This document shows, piece by piece, positions 1 through 9,459 of a DNA stretch of 47,053 nucleotides. Under the pieces are notes generated by a model that was not told where the DNA came from, did no database searches, and worked only from the letters and a program-made list of their open reading frames with translations. This DNA comes from a virus (Duplodnaviria; Caudoviricetes): positions 1-47,053 of the IMG/VR virus record IMGVR_UViG_3300027901_000011; one strand, written 5' to 3'. A program made the translations under genes and the position numbers. The stretch's first letter is position 1; every line of letters starts with the position of its first letter.

Positions 1-189
1 AAATGGCAGCAGCCAGTGGTAGAGGCCGAACACTTCATCAAGAATCTTACACTCAAAAATGCAGTCGTTCTTGACCCCATGTGCGGTAGCGGCACCGTTT
101 GTCTTGCTGCAAAAAACTTAGGTAGACAGTCGATAGGAATAGACATAGACCAAAAAAGTGTTGAAATAGCAAGGAGTAGACTTGCGTGA
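1..189 (+). CDS. C-terminal part of an N4/N6 DNA methyltransferase (5'-truncated by the window edge)
   Basis: Frame 1 reads KWQQPVVEAEHFIKNLTLKNAVVLDPMCGSGTVCLAAKNLGRQSIGIDIDQKSVEIARSRLA*. VLDPMCGSGT...IGID is the SAM-binding motif I of beta-class MTases. The stop overlaps the next start (GTGA). Confidence 0.85.
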   Translation, partial: KWQQPVVEAEHFIKNLTLKNAVVLDPMCGSGTVCLAAKNLGRQSIGIDIDQKSVEIARSRLA

Positions 190-800
190 CGAGAGATTTT
201 ATACAAACAGCAAAATGCCCTAATTGCGGAACTCATGTGCCGGCAGAAACTCCTATAAGGCACTGGATACGAACCTGTCCTAAGCTTGATAGTTCCAGTA
301 AGGGTGCAGCTATTGTGTGTTTTGATAGTGACATCCTCGTACACAAATACTTGACACACACAGACAAAAAGGGAACGCGAGATGTGCAAGCGTTGATGTT
401 TATTGAGGCGAAAAGCCATGCGAATCATGAAGTTCGTATGTCGGATAGCCAGCGTGATACTCTCGGTATCCTGAACCAGCTTCTGCGAAATCGGCGAAGA
501 AACATCTACAAATCATTACGCCGAAGGCAAGTGACCTATTGCCCGAACAAAGTCTATTCAAGTCTTAACAAGAAAAATGTCTGGCTGCGAGGATTTGGCG
601 GCCACCTCCTCGAGCTCAGCAATAATGACCCTGACGACAGCAACTGGATGCGATGGGACGGAATGCACCTGATTACACAGTCCGAACTGATTAAGCTGCT
701 GCGTTTCGAGACCGACCCGGATACCATGCGACCGATTAGTTGGCGGCGCCACCATAAAGAAAAGCCAATGCCGTTACTGCCGTATCCGAACATATTTTGA
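186..800 (+). CDS. Hypothetical protein with N-terminal CxxC and a possible PD-(D/E)XK nuclease-like core
   Basis: 204 aa ORF coupled to the upstream gene; CPNC; DSD...FIEAK motif. Confidence 0.55.
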   Translation: MTRDFIQTAKCPNCGTHVPAETPIRHWIRTCPKLDSSSKGAAIVCFDSDILVHKYLTHTDKKGTRDVQALMFIEAKSHANHEVRMSDSQRDTLGILNQLLRNRRRNIYKSLRRRQVTYCPNKVYSSLNKKNVWLRGFGGHLLELSNNDPDDSNWMRWDGMHLITQSELIKLLRFETDPDTMRPISWRRHHKEKPMPLLPYPNIF

Positions 801-951
801 AAGGACAGAACGATGAAACCACCCTACATAAATCAACTGACACCACTGGAGCAGAGTCTGTTAGCACAAATGGTAAATGACACAAGCTCGCGGGTAGTCG
901 CTGCACAAAAACGCCGCAGGTGCATCCGCCACGCAATGAAAGGAGAACTAC

Positions 952-1629
952 ATGCCCAGAACCTCAGCCCATCAGAGATACCGCCTGAAGCCGACGCAAG
1001 ACTGCCCCAAGGGCCAGATAGTCCCTGGTGTGACAACGATTGTCGGGGTGCTGAATAAGCCGGCACTCGTACCCTGGGCCAACAAAATGGGTCTACAGGG
1101 TATAGACGTCAAGCGATACGTGGACGACAAGGCCGATATAGGAGTGCTTGCACACGCCATGATTATTGGCAAGCTTACAAACCAGCTGGTCGATACAAGC
1201 GAGTACAGTAAGCAGCAGATAGATGCAGCAGAGAACGCGTGTCTGTCCTTCTATGAATGGCAGAAAGAACACGAACTGACCGTTCTGCTGGCCGAACAGC
1301 AGCTTGTAAGCGAAACCTGGAAGTTCGGCGGCCAGTTCGATATCTACGGGATTGTCAATAAGACAAGAGAACTGCTGGACCTTAAGACCGGCAGCGGAAT
1401 ATGGGAGGAGCATTACTATCAGCTCGGTGGATATGCTATTCTTCTAAGAGAGAACGAATATACTTTCGACCAAATCCGCATTCTGAATATCCCCCGGTCA
1501 CCGGATGAAAGTTTCCAGCAGATAACACTAAGTGGTAAAATGATTGATCTCAGTATGGAAATGTTCTTCGACTGTCTGAGTATCTACGAGCGCAAAAAGG
1601 AAGTCGCCAAGCTAATGAAAAGGGGTTGA
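952..1629 (+). CDS. PD-(D/E)XK (Cas4/RecB-like) phage exonuclease
   Basis: PGVTTI, G..AH, AEQQL, GGQFD, LLDLKTG, QLGGY motifs; GAAAGGAG RBS; next to SSB. Confidence 0.8.
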   Translation: MPRTSAHQRYRLKPTQDCPKGQIVPGVTTIVGVLNKPALVPWANKMGLQGIDVKRYVDDKADIGVLAHAMIIGKLTNQLVDTSEYSKQQIDAAENACLSFYEWQKEHELTVLLAEQQLVSETWKFGGQFDIYGIVNKTRELLDLKTGSGIWEEHYYQLGGYAILLRENEYTFDQIRILNIPRSPDESFQQITLSGKMIDLSMEMFFDCLSIYERKKEVAKLMKRG

Positions 1630-2264
1630 TTATGACTATTGCAGAAATAAAGAACTGCCCAGTAGGAAACTGGTACGAATTTACAGGCACAATCACAAAG
1701 ATCGGCGAGATCAAACAGCGGATAGGAAGCGACCAATCCAACAGGCCCGGCCAGCCGTACATCGTCCAGAAACTTACCGTTACGGACAATACAAGCAGTA
1801 TCGGCATGTGGGCCGAAGTAACCCAAGTGTTTGTTATGAGCACACGAGTCAAGGGAAGTGGTCTGCTTAGCGAATATTTAGGCAAAGCATTTATGAGTTA
1901 CGCAAAGGTCGAACCGGCGTCGCCAATGGTAGGCGCAGCCTATACGGCACCGCCGCAAGCACTGCCGACAACACCAACCACCACGCTGCCAGGGCCAGAA
2001 TCCCTACGCCAGCCACCAACCGGGGCCATGAACGACATGGAACGGGATGCTAAGACCACGGCCCGATGCGCGATAATGACGGCAAAGGACCTTGTCGTGG
2101 CCGGCAAGATAGAGCTTGAAAGTATGTATATTGTTACGGACGAAATTCAGCGCTATCTCAGGACCGGCAACCATCCTCTTATGGAAACCAAGGATGGCTC
2201 GATAGACCCAGCGCCAGTTGAAGACGTGGATGTGCCGCCAGCAGACGACGATATACCATTCTAA
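1626..2264 (+). CDS. ssb: Single-stranded DNA-binding protein (OB fold)
   Basis: OB-like N-terminus, Pro-rich linker, acidic C-terminal tail ending DDDIPF. Confidence 0.7.
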   Translation: MIMTIAEIKNCPVGNWYEFTGTITKIGEIKQRIGSDQSNRPGQPYIVQKLTVTDNTSSIGMWAEVTQVFVMSTRVKGSGLLSEYLGKAFMSYAKVEPASPMVGAAYTAPPQALPTTPTTTLPGPESLRQPPTGAMNDMERDAKTTARCAIMTAKDLVVAGKIELESMYIVTDEIQRYLRTGNHPLMETKDGSIDPAPVEDVDVPPADDDIPF

Positions 2265-2695
2265 TGAAATTTCACGGTGAAATACAAGATGGCAAGCTTC
2301 TCTTTCCTGCCTGGCAATGGCGGTTGCGCAACCGGCACTTGCGCAGCCTTGAAGGCAAAAAAGTGGTCGATGATATCAGAGAAGATCATAAGCCAAAAAC
2401 GTCACAACAGATGGGATATTACCATGCAGTTGTGCTGCCAACGGTTCACAAGCAACTGGTAGCCGATGGTCATGAGGTTATGGGCGTGCCAATTTCCGAG
2501 GATATGACGGACAAAATTCTCAAGCATCAGTGCGCTCAGTTCGACTGGGGCAAGATAATGAATAAACGGGATATGTCTGTCAAGCATGCAAGTCATTTCC
2601 TCGACAACTGCATTCGCTGGGCAAATGATATGTTAAATTGCAGGATACCGGAACCCAATGGGGCCGAAGCAAAAAGCGTGGAAGGCGTGCAGTAA
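2264..2695 (+). CDS. NinB/DUF1367-like recombination-associated protein
   Basis: KTSQQMGYYHAVV, ILK, MS...FLD pattern, C-terminal IPEP; directly upstream of a NinG-like gene. Confidence 0.55.
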   Translation: MKFHGEIQDGKLLFPAWQWRLRNRHLRSLEGKKVVDDIREDHKPKTSQQMGYYHAVVLPTVHKQLVADGHEVMGVPISEDMTDKILKHQCAQFDWGKIMNKRDMSVKHASHFLDNCIRWANDMLNCRIPEPNGAEAKSVEGVQ

Positions 2696-3086
2696 ATACA
2701 TCCGGCTGCGAGATGCAATAGACTTCTGCCGACTGCACAAGATTGATCCGAGCCAATTCAACCGCGTAGAGGACCTGCCGGTCCAGTGCTGCGACTGCAA
2801 AACGATAAAGTCGTGGATACGTATGGACGCCGGCCACTTCATAGGCCGCGGCCTGGGCGGCGGGTCCGGGGCCTACTTCGATGAGCGCAATATCCACGCG
2901 CAGGCCAAACGATGTAACCAGTTCAAGCAGAACGACCCGAAGTATCATCAGTTCATGGTGGACAAATACGGCCAGAAAACTATAGACGAACTTGAACGCA
3001 GGCACCGAATGCCTGGCAGCAACGACTACAAGGCAATAGAACTTCACTACAGAGTGCTGTATAATGAGCTTGTGAAAGGAATTTGA
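2658..3086 (+). CDS. ninG: NinG/Rap-like HNH-fold endonuclease
   Basis: SKYIRLRD, CCDC, MDAGHFI, FDERNIHAQ..RCN motifs. Confidence 0.85.
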   Translation: MGPKQKAWKACSKYIRLRDAIDFCRLHKIDPSQFNRVEDLPVQCCDCKTIKSWIRMDAGHFIGRGLGGGSGAYFDERNIHAQAKRCNQFKQNDPKYHQFMVDKYGQKTIDELERRHRMPGSNDYKAIELHYRVLYNELVKGI

Positions 3087-3087
3087 G

Positions 3088-3453
3088 ATGGAATTTACAG
3101 AGGAATTTCTTGAGTTCTGGAGCGCATGGCCGAAGCGATGGACGGAAGCCGGCAGGTGGGTCAAGCTGAATAAGTTCAAGGCCTTCCAATGCTGGAAAAG
3201 ACTGACAAAACACGAGCAGCAGTGGTCAACCAATACCGCCAAGTCTTTGCAGAGCGGCAAGTATGTACCGGATGCCTTCCGCTGGCTGAGAGATAAAAGG
3301 TTTATGGACTATGAGCATAAAGAACCTGGCTACCAAAAACAGACAGAGACGACATCTCCCGAAATAAGCAAAATGTGTGAAGGGATTGGCAAGCCTCTAC
3401 CAAAGCCCAAGAACGTAAATATTGAAGTTCGCAAGCTATTGGCGAAATTGTAG
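3088..3453 (+). CDS. Hypothetical protein resembling the C-terminal domain of phage replisome organizers
   Basis: FLEFWSAWPK...K.KAF..W...YVP.A.RWL..KRF pattern. Confidence 0.5.
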   Translation: MEFTEEFLEFWSAWPKRWTEAGRWVKLNKFKAFQCWKRLTKHEQQWSTNTAKSLQSGKYVPDAFRWLRDKRFMDYEHKEPGYQKQTETTSPEISKMCEGIGKPLPKPKNVNIEVRKLLAKL

Positions 3454-3512
3454 TTTCATTTTTCTGTCCGTGGATGGGGCGTACAGCAGCCGGGCGCCTC
3501 ATCCATTTTATT

Positions 3513-3794
3513 ATGAATGAACCCAAACTGATTTATACATACACATGCGGCAGAACCTTGGAGGCAGAGGACTTAGGTACGCCAGGTCTTATACTAAGCC
3601 TGTCAGGCGATAAAGACGATGATATCGCAATATATATGGACGATGATGCAGTTCGTGAGTTTCACAAATGGCTGTCAAATACATGCTGTCTGAACATGAG
3701 TACAAAACTGCGAGAGTCGGCACTCACGCATAATAGAGGCTCGCACACACCGCGCAAAAAAAGAGGGCCTGCCCAAGAACCCCCAGGAAAATAG
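3513..3794 (+). CDS. Hypothetical protein
   Basis: ORF 3474..3794; the ATG at 3513 is a possible start; last gene of the plus-strand block. Confidence 0.4.
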   Translation: MNEPKLIYTYTCGRTLEAEDLGTPGLILSLSGDKDDDIAIYMDDDAVREFHKWLSNTCCLNMSTKLRESALTHNRGSHTPRKKRGPAQEPPGK

Positions 3795-3802
3795 ACAGGC
3801 CC
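3756..3802 (-). terminator. Intrinsic terminator of the late (minus-strand) transcript
   Basis: Minus strand reads GGGCCTGTCT-loop-GGGCAGGCCC, then TC and a T7 run; lies at the convergence of the two gene blocks. Confidence 0.6.
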
Positions 3803-3835
3803 AATCCTACCAAGCTACCCACCGTAGCATACGAG

Positions 3836-4159
3836 TTATCTGCCGTTGGGGTCACTAAGCATCTTCATTATAAGCTCGGTCTGGCCCTTTATCTCGAGCT
3901 GGCATTTCTCCAGATTATGTTTCATCTCCGAAATATCGGTTTTCACATCGGCAACATCCCGCCGGATAAGAGGCACATCGAATCGGAGTCGGTCTATAAC
4001 CGGCAGGCACTCATTTTCATGGTTGTTAAATTTCTGCCTTACATGGTTGACATCATTGCGCAAATTGGTATAGCCAACAAGGCCTGTAGCACACATAATT
4101 ATTACGACAATCAAAAAACGCGGGTCCTTTAATCTGCTGGCAAAATTGTTTTCGCTCAT
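3836..4159 (-). CDS. Membrane protein with one TM helix and a coiled coil (holin-like candidate)
   Basis: Hydrophobic FLIVVIIMCATGLVGY followed by a heptad-rich region; last gene of the late operon. Confidence 0.45.
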   Translation of the reverse strand: MSENNFASRLKDPRFLIVVIIMCATGLVGYTNLRNDVNHVRQKFNNHENECLPVIDRLRFDVPLIRRDVADVKTDISEMKHNLEKCQLEIKGQTELIMKMLSDPNGR

Positions 4160-7100
4160 TTAACTCTCCATCGCTGACGTAATCGCATCTGTCTTCTCTT
4201 TCGGTTAGCTTCGTGTGTCTCGCTGCGTATGTCCTTTACCGGATGGTATCGCCAGTACATATTCAAGTAGTTCCGTGCCGTGTCCTCGTCAATGTCCCAG
4301 CCTTTGAAACTGCGATTGTAGGCCCTGACAAGATCGTCATCCATCTCCGGGTTAGTGTAATAGTAAACGGCATTTGAGAGCATCTTATCAGGGTCACGCA
4401 GGAGCTTCGCCACCCTTTTCTTTAAGTCTTCATTCAGTAAGGGGTTGTCGTGCAAGTTCTGGACTGCCTGGTTGTAGTTTTCCAAGCTGCTGCGCGGGCT
4501 GCTGTGCTTACCTAACTGCAGGAAAGTCGTATCGTCAGACTGGTCCCGCAACTGGTACATATCTTTCTCAAATTTTCGCTGCCGATTGTCCGCCTCGGTA
4601 TAGCCTGGCCGGATACCCAAAATGGTCCCAACGGCAGTATAGGCATGGTCAATGTTCCTGCGCCTTGACTGGGTGTATGTACTCACGGAAATAGGAGCCA
4701 GTTGCTTGACCTCATAGGCCAGCAGCTTTAAGACTTTTATCGTTGTCGGATCTTTGGGATAGAATACCTTGTCCTCTTTGTAATCGTATACGGCGTTGCC
4801 AGTCGTTATGTTTAGCAGGTCTGCGCCCAGCTTGAACAGCGGAGCTTGCATATACTGCTGGCGCTTGCCAAGATAGTCCAGCGGTAACCTGTAATGGCTC
4901 TTTATCTGTTCGCCAATGTCCTTGGCCTTCGGGTCGCCAAGAAAGGCGTTTACCATGATGCCCCAATAGTCCTTTTCGTAAGAGTACAGGTCCCATACGA
5001 CCTCGCGACCCTTCTCGTCCATCTTGCCGGTGCGTATCTTGCCGAAGTCCCGAATATCGTCAACATCCTTCGGCGGCTCCGGCCATTTGCCGCCCAATAA
5101 TGCACTGCCAATAGTGGCGACAGCCGTAGTCAGGAAGATACTGTTCGCTATCTGCTGCCTGGATCGACTGGCCCTCAGTTGACTTAAAGCCTTCACCTGC
5201 GTCCGCAGGTTGCCTTCGAAGTAACCAGGTGCCAGCAGGAACAGTCTCATGGCCGAGGTCACCGTCCCGGTCCTGCCGAACAGTCTCTCGTTCATCATGC
5301 CGTAGAAGTTCTGCAGCTCCGTTATGATCTCACGCTTCTCCGTCTGAGTCAGCGAGTCACCTCTTTGCCGTTCCAGCTGCAAGACCCTGTCCTGATAGGC
5401 CATTGCCTTGACGTGAGGAATGTATTTACTGAACAGCCAGTCAACGTAACTCAAAGGTATCATGTACTTGCCAAGCTTCTGATACTGAGGCGCCAAGCGG
5501 CGCATCATTTGCAAGGCCTCATACTGTAAGCTGTACTTGTGTTCGCCGCCTAAATGGACGTACTCTTTATACCACGGCTCGTTAAAGACAGGATCGTTCT
5601 TCGTGAAACCAGTCGTCAAGACCCTCTTAACAGCCTTCGGATGAAGGACTTGAAAATAGCCTGTATCGGCCAAGGTGTTCTTGACAATGTTCTTGTGATG
5701 GTGCATGGATCCTATAAACTTGGCCATCTGGACAAGCTGCGCGGCCTTGCGAGCCGGACCTGTAACCTTGCCGCGAGTGACTTTATTAGTAGAAATTAGG
5801 CCGTTGATAAGACGTGCAAGTTCAGGCTCAAGACGATAGCCTTTGAAGGCCGGTTCGCCTAACACGGGATCGCCAATGTGCTGCCATGTCGGGTCTGCCT
5901 TTTCGGATGGCATGATGTAAATGTTCTCATCGCCAAGCCTGCCCTGGTCAATTAGCGTCTCCCGCAACCCTTCCATGCCAAATCGCTGCGCAATGTCAAC
6001 CATCTCGGAGCCGAGATTGGCAATAGGATTAGGGTCCCTCAGTTCCAATCCGTAGGCCCATGCCTCTGCGTAGGTCTCCATCTTCTTGTGCTGCCGCCAG
6101 CGCTCGGTGGTGCGATAATGCTCCGTGAAATTGGCAACGCTAATACCCTTCTTGCGAGGCTTGTACCTGCCGTAATGGTAGTCGGCCATCTTGTGAAAGT
6201 CTTCCCACAAGTACCCCTCATCCCAACCTGTTGTCTTGGAGATATAATCGTAGGGAATGTCCCTTGCCTGCTGGATTGCCCGCCAGAGGTCGGGGTCCTT
6301 CAGTTCTTCAGGGAGTCTGTCGTATGCCTGTTTCTGTAGCTCCCGATACTTAGGCCGACGGTCCTCCTGCATCGCCAGTGTAAGGTCGTTCAGCGTGTCA
6401 GGATGGTACTGGTCAAGCCAATCGTGAACATCCCGCATGGTCTGGTCGCTGTTGCGCACCTCGGTGTTCATGTACTCAAGACGCTTAACTTCCGGCAGGT
6501 GAATGGCCTTGAGAACCTCGGTGACAATCTCCTTGCCATGCTTGCGCTCCGCTATACTGATAGGCTGAAAGACACGCTCAAATGGCCGTGCTAAGCCACT
6601 GGCTATCTTCTTGCCCGCCTCCAGCATCTTTCGCCTTGTGTTGACCGACTCAGGCTTTGGCTTTTCAAACTGCGGACCGGCAGGTTCCGGTGGCACAGGC
6701 GGCACTTCAGGCGGTGCAGGTGGCTTAGCAGGTGGTTCAACTCCCCTTGTAATACTTGTAAAGCCTGGTTGCGCACTGATTGTGGTGAAACCGGCTTCGG
6801 CCAACGCCCTGTGTTTCTGCTGCTTAAAGTTCTCATCATAGGGTGTTTCCCGTGTCCAGCCCATACCTTCAAGACCAGCAAAAACATAGTTCAGAACTTC
6901 GGCAGCAGGAACGGCTTGCCATTGTGCTTTTTGTTTTATCATTTCCTCGGTTGCAAGTTCGCGTTGGTTCAGTGGAAACAATTCGGTTGACCCGTCCTCG
7001 AAAAGCAATCTTATCCCGGCTTCCGAAGCCCGGACTTGGTGGCCAATCTGGCCCTTGCGCGGACCCTCCAATACTCGATGAAGGATATAAGCGCCCATAT

Positions 7101-8550
7101 AATTGTACGTTTCGCCTTCTGCCCCTATACCAAAACTGCGGCGAGTGATACCATGTTTGTAGATACGAATATTCGGATTGTCTTGGGCCCGCCCCATATA
7201 CATGAAACCTTGACGCCACTCTTCCGGAACAACAAGTTCCAAAGGCTTCCAGTCCGGGTCGACACCAACAAATTCACTTACAAATTCATGTGTTTTCTTC
7301 GCAATATCTTCGGTTGAAATTGGTGGTTCGGCAGCCTTGGCAACCTCGGACAGCAGTGGCGGGACTTCCTCTTCCGGCACTGGCCCTAAGCGCTCGGTCT
7401 CTTTGGCAAGCTCGGAAACGGCAGGCGGCTGTTCTCGACTTTCCAGCTTGCCGAGCTCGTCAATCCCCTCGCGTATCTTTTCCCTGAACCTATTTAGTGC
7501 CTGGGGCCCGCCTTCGGTGCGTATCCGGTCAAGTTCCCTTCCATAGCGAGTCATTATTTCTCTTTGCTCAGTCGAAACCTCACCTTTAGCCACGTATGGA
7601 CTGACTGCACCGCCAGCAAGACCCAAAACTCCGCCAGCAACAAGATTAGATTGGAATTCGTCAAGCGCATGCTGCATACCTTCCATAACGGCGGCTGGAA
7701 TATCCTCCGGCTTACGGTAATTGTAGCCGAAATGTGCTAAGAAGTTTTCACCCACACCCGCCAGAAACTCCTGCGCCGACTCCATCGTACCAACCTTCAG
7801 CATTCGATGAAACTTCGACTTTGTCAAAGGCTTGAATATCTCCTGGAACGGTATGCTTTCCGTTGTCGCCTCCCATGCAGCAGTCGCAACCGCCACCTTA
7901 TCGGCAATGGGAATAGGCGCTCCCCTTCTCCGCTGCTCACGATACGCGCCTGCACCGGCCATTGTGGAAAGCCAGGCAAGTCCGACCCCAGGCTGAGTGG
8001 CCGCACCCAGTCCTATCGCCATCATCATCGGCGGTAACGCTTCGGCAGAAACGGCAGCAGCCTTCGGTAGTGGCATCTGTCGCCACTTGGCCTGTATGAC
8101 TTGAGGGTCAGGCGCTTCCCATCCTTTAGCTGCCTGCTCTTGCCACCAGTCGTTCCACTTCTTGCCAGCCCCGGCAAAGCGGCCCATCTGCTTGTCGTAA
8201 AACTCCAGCGGCTTGGAAGGTCCATACTTTCTGACTAAATGCTCCGCCATAACATCAGCGCCCGGCAGGTTAATGTGCTTGGTCAGAATGTTGCCAATCG
8301 TAGACCTCTCAATCGCCCATTGGAGCTGACCACCGAGTGCGCCAATCCCTGCCTCAATGCCGCGCACCAGGCCTCTGGGAACCTCTGCCGCCGTCTTTTT
8401 AAGATGCAAAGACGGTCCCTTTCGCGGAACTGCGTAGGCGCCACCAAAGGCCCCGGCAGGAACATTCACCGGGGAAGGCGCAAACGGACCCTCGGCAGGA
8501 AGCTTGTAGTCCTGCTGTTCTTGTCTCGCTATTATCTCGTCAAGTGACAT
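4156..8550 (-). CDS. Large internal virion / DNA-ejection protein
   Basis: 1464 aa; Gly/Ala-rich hydrophobic N-terminal part, Pro-rich linker, helical C-terminus; last of three consecutive ejection-type genes. Confidence 0.65.
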   Translation of the reverse strand: MSLDEIIARQEQQDYKLPAEGPFAPSPVNVPAGAFGGAYAVPRKGPSLHLKKTAAEVPRGLVRGIEAGIGALGGQLQWAIERSTIGNILTKHINLPGADVMAEHLVRKYGPSKPLEFYDKQMGRFAGAGKKWNDWWQEQAAKGWEAPDPQVIQAKWRQMPLPKAAAVSAEALPPMMMAIGLGAATQPGVGLAWLSTMAGAGAYREQRRRGAPIPIADKVAVATAAWEATTESIPFQEIFKPLTKSKFHRMLKVGTMESAQEFLAGVGENFLAHFGYNYRKPEDIPAAVMEGMQHALDEFQSNLVAGGVLGLAGGAVSPYVAKGEVSTEQREIMTRYGRELDRIRTEGGPQALNRFREKIREGIDELGKLESREQPPAVSELAKETERLGPVPEEEVPPLLSEVAKAAEPPISTEDIAKKTHEFVSEFVGVDPDWKPLELVVPEEWRQGFMYMGRAQDNPNIRIYKHGITRRSFGIGAEGETYNYMGAYILHRVLEGPRKGQIGHQVRASEAGIRLLFEDGSTELFPLNQRELATEEMIKQKAQWQAVPAAEVLNYVFAGLEGMGWTRETPYDENFKQQKHRALAEAGFTTISAQPGFTSITRGVEPPAKPPAPPEVPPVPPEPAGPQFEKPKPESVNTRRKMLEAGKKIASGLARPFERVFQPISIAERKHGKEIVTEVLKAIHLPEVKRLEYMNTEVRNSDQTMRDVHDWLDQYHPDTLNDLTLAMQEDRRPKYRELQKQAYDRLPEELKDPDLWRAIQQARDIPYDYISKTTGWDEGYLWEDFHKMADYHYGRYKPRKKGISVANFTEHYRTTERWRQHKKMETYAEAWAYGLELRDPNPIANLGSEMVDIAQRFGMEGLRETLIDQGRLGDENIYIMPSEKADPTWQHIGDPVLGEPAFKGYRLEPELARLINGLISTNKVTRGKVTGPARKAAQLVQMAKFIGSMHHHKNIVKNTLADTGYFQVLHPKAVKRVLTTGFTKNDPVFNEPWYKEYVHLGGEHKYSLQYEALQMMRRLAPQYQKLGKYMIPLSYVDWLFSKYIPHVKAMAYQDRVLQLERQRGDSLTQTEKREIITELQNFYGMMNERLFGRTGTVTSAMRLFLLAPGYFEGNLRTQVKALSQLRASRSRQQIANSIFLTTAVATIGSALLGGKWPEPPKDVDDIRDFGKIRTGKMDEKGREVVWDLYSYEKDYWGIMVNAFLGDPKAKDIGEQIKSHYRLPLDYLGKRQQYMQAPLFKLGADLLNITTGNAVYDYKEDKVFYPKDPTTIKVLKLLAYEVKQLAPISVSTYTQSRRRNIDHAYTAVGTILGIRPGYTEADNRQRKFEKDMYQLRDQSDDTTFLQLGKHSSPRSSLENYNQAVQNLHDNPLLNEDLKKRVAKLLRDPDKMLSNAVYYYTNPEMDDDLVRAYNRSFKGWDIDEDTARNYLNMYWRYHPVKDIRSETHEANRKRRQMRLRQRWRVK

Positions 8551-9449
8551 TATTTCTTCTGCGCTGCCGTTATCCTGCCAAGGTTCTTGAGAACGTGAGG
8601 ATAAATATCAGCGTCGTACAAAAGCTCTTTCCACGTAGTTGTAAAGCCAATGCCTCGCGAGGCCGTGCGAAGCTTGGTTTTTAGCGCCTGTGGCAGGTAC
8701 GGAGTGACTGCAACAAGTATCTGCCTGGCGAATTGGTCGGTCATTTCGTTGGGTGCAGGCAACTTGCCAGGTGCTGCCGTAACGCCGGCCTTCGGAACCG
8801 CTGCCGGAGGCTTAGCTGCTACAGTAGTGGGGCCGGACGGCGGAGGAGGGGAGGGAGAGGTAACGCCCGGCCCCGTACCTAAGTTATTCGGGTCTATCAG
8901 CACCGGCATTTCTGCGTCAATCTGTTTCTGAATTTCGCCTATCTGTTGCCTGTACCATGCGCGATTTGGATCATCCTTATCCAACAAACTCAAGCCGTAG
9001 TTCAAATCGCCCAGTCGCTCGTACAGGTCATCACCGCTAACCTTCGCTATCTGCTTGCCAAGGCGGTAATTGTACTCAAGCGCCAGTTGCTTCTTCTCGG
9101 CCTCTGTCCCTGCAGCCTTCCATCGCGGCAGCCAGTCGTTTACCACCCAGTCTTTTTCATTCCACAAGGCGTCGTAATAGGCGCTTCGAGTGGTAACTGC
9201 CTGCTGTTCATAGGGCAATAGCGCCTCGCGCCTGCGGGACTCCATCCACTGCGCATGCGCGCCCGGCTCGAAGCCAAATGCCGCCCGGCCCATCATACCA
9301 CCCGCCGCACCCGCTAAGCCGCCAAGCAAGTTGCCTGCCCATCCCGCTCGTTTCGGCGTGGGCGATGGTGGCGTAGTTACTCGCCCGGCTGCCGGTCTGA
9401 TGGTTGTTAATGGCGCTGCTCTCAATCCTGCCAATACGTTTTCCCACAT
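8550..9449 (-). CDS. Putative internal virion (ejection) protein
   Basis: GLAGAAGG segment, helical and Pro-rich regions; position between nozzle and large ejection gene. Confidence 0.5.
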   Translation of the reverse strand: MWENVLAGLRAAPLTTIRPAAGRVTTPPSPTPKRAGWAGNLLGGLAGAAGGMMGRAAFGFEPGAHAQWMESRRREALLPYEQQAVTTRSAYYDALWNEKDWVVNDWLPRWKAAGTEAEKKQLALEYNYRLGKQIAKVSGDDLYERLGDLNYGLSLLDKDDPNRAWYRQQIGEIQKQIDAEMPVLIDPNNLGTGPGVTSPSPPPPSGPTTVAAKPPAAVPKAGVTAAPGKLPAPNEMTDQFARQILVAVTPYLPQALKTKLRTASRGIGFTTTWKELLYDADIYPHVLKNLGRITAAQKK

Positions 9450-9459
9450 GATAGTTTCC

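Noticed and set aside
952-1629. cas4 of a CRISPR system
   Set aside because: The context (SSB, NinB-like, NinG) indicates a phage recombination exonuclease, and there is no Fe-S Cys cluster.
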